Positions 57,785 through 64,000 of a stretch of DNA of 64,000 bases are shown here, piece after piece; position 1 is the first letter of the stretch, and each line of letters opens with the position of its first letter. A program made the position numbers and the translations under genes. Where the stretch lies: positions 3,852,272-3,916,271 of the forward strand of contig OZ242349.1 in NCBI GenBank assembly GCA_965208635.1, written 5' to 3'. The DNA comes from Candidatus Poribacteria bacterium (lineage in GTDB: Bacteria > Poribacteria > WGA-4E > WGA-3G). The notes beneath the pieces are model-generated. The model made no database searches. It saw only the letters and a list, made by a program, of their open reading frames with translations, and had not been told where the DNA came from.

Positions 57785-58186
57785 ATGCTTGTAGTGCCTT
57801 GCATCTTGAGTGTGTCTGTGTTCTATGGGTGTGGTGCAGACCCCCTCGGACCGTATCAACCGCTTTTACCCGCAATTGAGAGCGAAGCGAAATTCTCAAG
57901 CAGATACCAATTGGAAGAAGAACCGCAGTTCTTCCATGATCTTTACGGTGCAGAAATCGTGGAAGGCAGCGAACTCAATACATACACCGATCAGAAAGCA
58001 TTTGATCAGAACGGCAAATTAATTGTCGGCTGGGGCGGGCAGCTGGATACGCTTCGCTTCACAGCGCAACTCGACCGGACAATCATAGCGGAAGAAACCT
58101 TCCTCAGTAGACATACCGAGTTTATGATTGGCGATCACCTACGCATCAAACCCGCTACCCTTGTTCGAGCGATGATGGGTTTTTAA
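57785..58186 (+). CDS. small lipoprotein, hypothetical
   Basis: Lipobox 'VFYGCG'. 133 aa. Its stop overlaps the convergent gene by 4 nt. Confidence 0.45.
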   Translation: MLVVPCILSVSVFYGCGADPLGPYQPLLPAIESEAKFSSRYQLEEEPQFFHDLYGAEIVEGSELNTYTDQKAFDQNGKLIVGWGGQLDTLRFTAQLDRTIIAEETFLSRHTEFMIGDHLRIKPATLVRAMMGF

Positions 58187-61100
58187 TGCTTTGGGAAAAG
58201 TGCTGCCAACAGACCTATTACCGAATCGTTAACTGTCGGTGCAATGTGTAATGGATTCTGTAGATATGCTGCGTAGGGTGTGACGACTCCCAAAATGAGT
58301 CGAGTCATCGTGGCATCATCTGTAGAGAGACAGATTCCAGTCGCTTCTGAGACTTCTGCCGATACGCGGATTTTGCCATCTCTGATGATAAGACTTGCTT
58401 GATGTTCCGAACCTTTGATGCCGATTGTCCCTTGCCAGCCTTTGTAAGCATCACTCTCGTTCAGTCGTTTGGAAAGCAATGGAGAAAGCTCGTCAAGCAG
58501 CATCGGCAGATTGATAATCTTGAACATCCATACCCAATCTACCTCCGATGTGTACCCAAAGTTGTGGAACAGCATTCTGATGTGATTCTTATCGCCTTCC
58601 GCTTCCGGATAATAGCGAATCCGTTTATATTCACGCTTCACCAGTTCGTTGTGCAAGGCGCAGAGCAGTGCGGCACCGACCTCCTCAAAGAACCCTTTCG
58701 GGTGTGTGGAATTTTCGGAAGGTTGGGGTTTGAGACAGAATTCGTAGATTGAGACATTCTTTTCCTTCTCGCATTGTGCTTGCACATACCCAAGTAGCTC
58801 TCCAGCCTTCTCTGCGAGATAAATCAACCGAGTTTCCGACGTTCTATGTCGTTCGGTGCGCCTCGGTCTGCGTTCCACCCGGTCGGCATAAAATGCGTTG
58901 AGTACGCTTGCCATCTCAACTGCATCCCCGGGCGTGTAAGGACGGACAACTACGCCCTCGACCACTTTTGTCTGTTCGTGCCGTAGTACTTTGGTGAATT
59001 CTCGCGCCACTAACCCATCAACGAACCCAAAACTCCTGTACATTCCATGAGCAGTATTGTTCGCGCCAGTGTGAAGAGAGATACAAGAGTAACGGTGGAC
59101 GAGTTCATGTGACAGTGATGCCCCGAATACCCACCGCGACAATCCCCTCCGACGATATTTTGGGGCGGTATGCACCCATCCTACGTAAGTACCGGGAGCG
59201 TGTGTGTTGTGAGGGAAATGATGTGTATGGAGATGTAAATTGCAGATGGCGACGCGATAGCCTGCAATAGTCGGATGGAGATGTAAGTTTGTATCGCGTT
59301 TGACATCCATCGTTTCCATATTGCGTTTGACCTCCATTGTTAGGAGAGGTGTGCCATTTTCGTCCTTAAGCGCTTCATAAGAGAACGCTTCGGCGACTGG
59401 ATGATCGATTTTGGCAAGCAAATATCCAGTTTCAAGTTGGTATCTGTGATCTTGGTGCGGTGCAATCTCTATGAGTTGATCTACGATCTCGCCGGTCCGA
59501 CCATTACGAACCAACATCAGTACCGACATCGCCACAAGCCCATCATCTTCTGCTTCAACTGTCAGTGCTTCAAGCACTTTCACTGCCCGGTCATCGCAGC
59601 TGCGGATTAGTTTCGCTGCTGCAATCAGGCGTTCGTATCTGTCCCCAGTATCCAGTTTAGCAACTAACGCCGAAATCGTATGCTCGGATTCGTCAGTGAT
59701 CTTGAGAAGACTATCGATTGCATCGATTCTGTCGCTTGTATCTATGCTCGTGCCACGAATCATTCCGTTGAGGTATTCATGGACCTTCGCCACGAATTCG
59801 TCACTGTCATTCGGTAACAATGGAAGCGGATGTATGGTCGTGCCGATCTCTTTAAACCATGGAAACAGGTCTTCACCTACCGCCCGGCTGAGGTAATAGA
59901 TGAGTGAGTCTGTCTCTGAAAAGGTTGTGCGCGGCATATTCTTTTCTGTGTCACTTGGTTTTTTCGACAACACCTCGGCGAGCCGGACAAACAGGTCGTC
60001 ACCATATTTCTCGAGTAGCGTCTTCAGTATCCAGATCGGTTTGCGATGTCGTTGCTCGTAAACCCTCGCAATGTCAATGGGTTCCTCTGCTTGGGCGTTT
60101 TCACGAAATTGTCGGTCAGTTGCGTTAAGCATCTCCGCTGCTTCTGGCTCAAATCCGAGTAATTTCATTGCCCTGATACCGAAAAAAAATGGGAATCCCT
60201 CTCCGTCAAAAATAATCTCAGTCGCCTTTCCAAACGGCGTTTTGTCGGCAAGCAACCTACTCGCCTCAACACCGAGCGAATAGGCAAGTCTTGGAGGACT
60301 GACACACGCCCCAATTGTCATTACCGAATCCTCCCAATTGAAACTGTATTTATGAACACACGACGGCATCAGATCGATTTCCCATTTAATTTTTTCACCT
60401 TCAGGAAATTTCGAGAACATCTCCTTCGCCAGTTTCTTAACAAATGCCATACAGGTATCCACACGGTCCTCAACGAACCGGGTATAGAAAATTCGAATTT
60501 TTTCATCCTCTCGGATCTGTTCTTCAACCGAAATTTCATCAGGAATCCTCTCAGTATCCGTTCCCGAAGAGAGGCGGTTAATTCCCAACCAATCAATGAA
60601 TCGTCCAGATACAGGGTGATTCTCCCTTTGAAAGAGTTGCGTGTTAATCAACAGGACGCGTCCTGATCCAAAATGGAAACATGCCCCAACGGGTTCTCCC
60701 GTTTCGCTGTGTTCAAGGAAGACGCTACTCTCCGTGGGGATATCGAGGATACCGCAATACGTGAGACCCAGGTCATCGATTCCCAATCCATCGACAATCT
60801 CATCGTCAGTGAGGCGTAGATTTTTCTTTGTCCAACCGCGCAAAGGGTTCGCATCAATATCCATTTCCCCTTGCCCTTCAGGCAACAAAAGAAATCGCGC
60901 GCCGAAAAGAGAGGCAACCTGATTAACCCCTAATTCCGAGATCGGTTCACGGACATCTCGCTCGAACCGACTTGTGCTGGCGGCTAAAAGGAGTCCGCCG
61001 CCGTTTTCGACAAACTCCCGGATAAGTTGGAGTTCCGCATCGGTGTATTTTAAAGACGTATTGCTGCAAATCGTCAGGACATCGTAGTTTTTTAGCACTG

Positions 61101-61227
61101 CTTCACTGAGATAATCCCGGTTGTGAGTGGCTTGATAGACGCTGTCCGGTTCAATTCGTATCAATCCGTCTGACCAGCCGGTATCGCGTGAGGTGTCAAC
61201 TAAAATCCGAATTCGTTCTTTTGTCAT
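58183..61227 (-). CDS. large cytoplasmic multidomain protein: ThuA/class-I-GATase-like N-terminus, HEAT-like repeats, GNAT acetyltransferase and SCP2-like C-terminus (Eis-like)
   Basis: 'YDVLTICSNTSLKYTDAELQLIREFVENGGGLLLAAS', GNAT motif A 'YRRRGLSRWVFGASL', helical repeats. 1014 aa. Confidence 0.5.
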   Translation of the reverse strand: MTKERIRILVDTSRDTGWSDGLIRIEPDSVYQATHNRDYLSEAVLKNYDVLTICSNTSLKYTDAELQLIREFVENGGGLLLAASTSRFERDVREPISELGVNQVASLFGARFLLLPEGQGEMDIDANPLRGWTKKNLRLTDDEIVDGLGIDDLGLTYCGILDIPTESSVFLEHSETGEPVGACFHFGSGRVLLINTQLFQRENHPVSGRFIDWLGINRLSSGTDTERIPDEISVEEQIREDEKIRIFYTRFVEDRVDTCMAFVKKLAKEMFSKFPEGEKIKWEIDLMPSCVHKYSFNWEDSVMTIGACVSPPRLAYSLGVEASRLLADKTPFGKATEIIFDGEGFPFFFGIRAMKLLGFEPEAAEMLNATDRQFRENAQAEEPIDIARVYEQRHRKPIWILKTLLEKYGDDLFVRLAEVLSKKPSDTEKNMPRTTFSETDSLIYYLSRAVGEDLFPWFKEIGTTIHPLPLLPNDSDEFVAKVHEYLNGMIRGTSIDTSDRIDAIDSLLKITDESEHTISALVAKLDTGDRYERLIAAAKLIRSCDDRAVKVLEALTVEAEDDGLVAMSVLMLVRNGRTGEIVDQLIEIAPHQDHRYQLETGYLLAKIDHPVAEAFSYEALKDENGTPLLTMEVKRNMETMDVKRDTNLHLHPTIAGYRVAICNLHLHTHHFPHNTHAPGTYVGWVHTAPKYRRRGLSRWVFGASLSHELVHRYSCISLHTGANNTAHGMYRSFGFVDGLVAREFTKVLRHEQTKVVEGVVVRPYTPGDAVEMASVLNAFYADRVERRPRRTERHRTSETRLIYLAEKAGELLGYVQAQCEKEKNVSIYEFCLKPQPSENSTHPKGFFEEVGAALLCALHNELVKREYKRIRYYPEAEGDKNHIRMLFHNFGYTSEVDWVWMFKIINLPMLLDELSPLLSKRLNESDAYKGWQGTIGIKGSEHQASLIIRDGKIRVSAEVSEATGICLSTDDATMTRLILGVVTPYAAYLQNPLHIAPTVNDSVIGLLAALFPKH

Positions 61228-61450
61228 CTGTCTTTTCCCTATCCATCAGATTGGTGGTTGGGTTCGTTTATTAGGTCCGTCTCATAATTAGATTTTGATC
61301 TTCAGGGTTCAAATATTACTTGAATACCATGAGAATTAATCCTATTCTGTATTCAACTATATCTACTGCATTTTCTTCAACTTTTTTGTTGCGCTCTAAG
61401 GCTGAAGTTGCTATGATAAATGTAAACAAGCACACTCTTCTTGGCAAACT

Positions 61451-62593
61451 TTGGAGATACGCATGAACAGTTACCGTATTGCAATTATCGGCTTGGGTGG
61501 CATGGGTGGTGCTCATGCCGAGGCGGTGCAGTTAGAGACGAACTGCGAACTCATCGCTGGGGCAGAAATCGATCCAGAACGGGCAAAGGCATGGAGCGAA
61601 CGATTCAGCGTCAAAGCCATCTATGACGATTACGAAAAGATGCTTGACGAAGAACAGCCCGACATCGTCATCGTTCCTACGCAGGCACCGATGCACCACC
61701 CACCAACAATCGCCGCCGCACAGCGTGGCGTCCACGTCTTCTGTGAAAAACCGACTGCCCTCAACCTTATTGAAGCCGATGAAATGGTCGAAACCTGCGA
61801 CCAGCATCACGTCAAGTTTGCCATTAACCACATCAAGCGCGCCAGTCCTTATAATCGTCATGTTCTTTCGCTGATCGAAAAAGGTGAAATCGGCGATGTT
61901 GTGTTGCTGAAGGCGACCGACAAAGGCGGGCGCAAAGTCGGAAACTCACTGATGGAGATGGGTACCCATCTCTACGATTGGTTGCGGCTTTTCGCTGGCG
62001 ATGTCGAGTGGACGCACGCGCACCTCGTGCAGATGGATGGACGCGAGTCAACCGTCAATGACATCAAACACACTCAAGAAGTTCACGCATTCGATCGAGA
62101 TGCAGGGCTTGTGCTTGGGGAGCGTGGGCACGCCGCTTTTCGCTTCAAGAACGGTATCCATGCCGATGTGCAGTTCCTGGCGCAACCAGAAACGAACGAT
62201 AACGCTTACGGTATTGACATTGTTGGCACCGAAGGCAGAATTGCTATCCGAGAGAGCGTCGGCACAACGATGTTCATCCACAAGGGACAACATAAGACAC
62301 CCGCAGAAGCCTGGGAACCCGTGCATCTATCAGCCGAAGATTTGGACGAACAAGGAAATCCACGAGACAAGGGATCAATACGGTTGCTATTGCAACGTCT
62401 CATGCTGCGCGATCTCATTGCAGCTATTGAAGAAGACCGGGATCCGTTCGCGAGTGGCAGAGATGGTCGAGACTGTCTTGAAATGATCCACGCGACATGG
62501 GAATCGCACCGGCAGCAGGCTCGGGTCTATATGCCGCTGACCCCACGCGAACACCCGCTTGAACGGTGGAAAAAAGAGGCAGACTCCCGCTAA
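61451..62593 (+). CDS. Gfo/Idh/MocA-family NAD(P)-dependent oxidoreductase
   Basis: 'YRIAIIGLGGMGGAHAEAV' Rossmann N-terminus and 'EKPTALNLIEADEM'. 380 aa. Confidence 0.75.
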   Translation: MEIRMNSYRIAIIGLGGMGGAHAEAVQLETNCELIAGAEIDPERAKAWSERFSVKAIYDDYEKMLDEEQPDIVIVPTQAPMHHPPTIAAAQRGVHVFCEKPTALNLIEADEMVETCDQHHVKFAINHIKRASPYNRHVLSLIEKGEIGDVVLLKATDKGGRKVGNSLMEMGTHLYDWLRLFAGDVEWTHAHLVQMDGRESTVNDIKHTQEVHAFDRDAGLVLGERGHAAFRFKNGIHADVQFLAQPETNDNAYGIDIVGTEGRIAIRESVGTTMFIHKGQHKTPAEAWEPVHLSAEDLDEQGNPRDKGSIRLLLQRLMLRDLIAAIEEDRDPFASGRDGRDCLEMIHATWESHRQQARVYMPLTPREHPLERWKKEADSR

Positions 62594-62652
62594 CTCGGTA
62601 GACGCGCTTTGCAAGCGCGCCGATTCACCATTAGGCGGAATAGGAGCGAACT

Positions 62653-63333
62653 ATGCAACGATTGGATATTCTGCATCCCTCAATTGACGACTACCTACTC
62701 GACATCATTCCTGAACGCGATGAAGTCCTAACAGAAATGGAGGCGCATGCACAGGCAAACCGCTTTCCAATTGTGGGCCCGCTCGTTGGACGCGTCTTAC
62801 ACCAATTGGTATTGCTGACGAATCCCACACGGATTTTCGAGATGGGATCAGGTTTCGGATATTCGGCGTACTGGATGGCGAAGGCACTACAAAAACCGGA
62901 AGCATCCATCATTTGTACCGATGGTTCGCAAGAGAACGCAGATCGTGCAGCAGGCTATCTTGCGCGCGGGGGTATCGCAAATCGCATCGACTATCGTGTC
63001 GGTAACGCACTTGAAATCATTGATGAAACCGAAGGCGAGTTTGACATCATTTATAACGATATCGACAAAGATGGATATCCCGAGGCTTTCCACAAGGCGA
63101 TCCCCCGACTCAGAAGCGGTGGGCTCTTTATCACGGACAATATGCTTTGGATGGGACGCGTCGTTACACAGGAACCCGGTAGTCCTCCAGAAGGACTTGA
63201 TGAACGGGAGCAGTGGTTCCATGCAGCGACAATCGGTGTTAGAGAATTGACCCGCCTTCTTTACAGTTCACCTGATGTATTCACAACGATCATTCCCCTG
63301 CGTGATGGAGTTTCGGTCGCTGTGAAACGTTAA
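62653..63333 (+). CDS. class I SAM-dependent O-methyltransferase (family 3, caffeoyl-CoA OMT-like)
   Basis: 'IFEMGSGFGYSAYWMA' SAM motif I and 'IYNDIDKDGY'. 226 aa. Confidence 0.65.
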   Translation: MQRLDILHPSIDDYLLDIIPERDEVLTEMEAHAQANRFPIVGPLVGRVLHQLVLLTNPTRIFEMGSGFGYSAYWMAKALQKPEASIICTDGSQENADRAAGYLARGGIANRIDYRVGNALEIIDETEGEFDIIYNDIDKDGYPEAFHKAIPRLRSGGLFITDNMLWMGRVVTQEPGSPPEGLDEREQWFHAATIGVRELTRLLYSSPDVFTTIIPLRDGVSVAVKR

Positions 63334-63488
63334 TGCATACCTCTATCGGCTATCGGCGAGTTTTGTCCGAATTATAGTGTTTTCCCATGCTCGCGCTTCT
63401 TACTGACCGCTGATTGCCTCTTTGTAGGAGGGATATCCGAATCCCTATTGCTAATGGTTGATCGCTGACTGCTGATATTAGAAAAATC

Positions 63489-63517
63489 TTGACTTTTATT
63501 TTCACCTTCTGTAAATT
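63489..63517 (+). promoter_or_regulatory. sigma70-like promoter (TTGACT-17-TAAATT) with a ~185-nt leader before the 63702 gene
   Basis: Consensus-like hexamers and correct spacing. Confidence 0.35.
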
Positions 63518-63701
63518 CTATTCAGAAACCATCCGTTGACTGGGAATTTAAGTGTCCGTAATCACAAGCGATGGAACTACCCTGTCCATGAGTCTTACCG
63601 ATGTGCCTATTGCTTAGCAATCTACACTCTAAGCATATTTCTACAAGAAAACCAACGCATCTTTGCTGTCTACAGTGAAGAGTATCGATAGGAGATTCAC
63701 A

Positions 63702-64000
63702 ATGTTTTTTCAGAAAAAATCGTTCTCTGTTAAAGCCAATACAGTCTTTTCTATTCTCTGTTGCCTTTTATTCGTTTTGTCCACACTACCGGTGATGGCA
63801 CATTCAGGCGGTGAGGTAACATCCAAAAAAACTGAAACGCCTATCACGATCGATGGAATGATGGATGAGGCGGAGTGGGATGCAGCATTTCAAGAATCTT
63901 CACCCTTGCAAGACATTGTTGTAGACCCACGCGATCCGAAACATAACCAAGACTGGTATCAAATTATTCCGGGTGGCGGTGCGGGTAGCGACACCAATGA
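63702..64000 (+). CDS. secreted protein with CBM9/DOMON-like N-terminal domain (3' end outside window)
   Basis: Signal peptide 'FSILCCLLFVLSTLPVMAHS'. 'PITIDGMMDEAEWDAA' matches the start of CBM9-like domains. Absent from the ORF track because no stop lies in the window. Confidence 0.45.
   Translation, partial: MFFQKKSFSVKANTVFSILCCLLFVLSTLPVMAHSGGEVTSKKTETPITIDGMMDEAEWDAAFQESSPLQDIVVDPRDPKHNQDWYQIIPGGGAGSDTN

Noticed and set aside
1-64000. CRISPR arrays, tRNA/rRNA genes, integrases, transposases, toxin-antitoxin or known phage-defence genes
   Set aside because: No regularly spaced direct repeats, no tRNA-like T-arm motifs (GGTTCGAATCC and variants), no IS-like ORFs and no recognisable defence domains were seen on either strand.

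Overview
This 64-kb window is bacterial chromosomal DNA with roughly 50% GC. Its gene content suggests an uncultivated Gram-negative lineage, since it includes T9SS/FlgD-Ig-type C-terminal domains, Y_Y_Y and BNR propellers, and a Tat-PhoX. It is densely coding, with about 55 genes. Housekeeping genes are leuS, rnj (RNase J), leuC/leuD, guaB, a LivK-like binding protein and a PhoX-family phosphatase. An 11-gene minus-strand operon from 32535 to 22475 covers idi, a hypothetical gene, a CrtYcd-type lycopene cyclase, a crtD-like gene, crtI, crtB, an acyltransferase, a GT2, a CruF-like gene, crtW and a deacetylase. This is a salinixanthin/myxol-type keto-carotenoid acyl-glycoside pathway. It is tightly translationally coupled with ATGA overlaps, and it is divergently paired across a 470-bp AT-rich control region with a MerR/B12-binding CarH/LitR-like regulator, which is presumably a photoreceptor. 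A minus-strand cell-surface locus spans a 1424-aa multi-propeller Y_Y_Y lipoprotein, an OMP beta-barrel with Asp-rich Ca-binding loops, an FGE-domain lipoprotein and a GH29-like fucosidase. Other genes encode a 19-blade BNR/Ycf48-like lipoprotein, LamG and WD40 secreted proteins, a 1014-aa ThuA-like/HEAT/GNAT-SCP2 protein, a nucleoside hydrolase, an NHS transporter and desaturases. I found no tRNA or rRNA genes, no CRISPR array, no obvious IS or transposase, and no recognisable defence system. The most unusual signal is the non-genic architecture. At least three families of short modular interspersed repeats saturate the intergenic spacers, including REP/MITE-like elements and palindromes. They supply start-codon contexts for several genes. 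Two copies sit in-frame inside coding sequences, in the rnj linker and the vWA protein. Two further copies form about 105-bp direct repeats bracketing a WD40 gene. Other oddities are two same-frame ORFs split by a single TGA that follows a Cys codon, tandem receiver-like paralogs next to a CYTH gene, and a truncated epimerase remnant.
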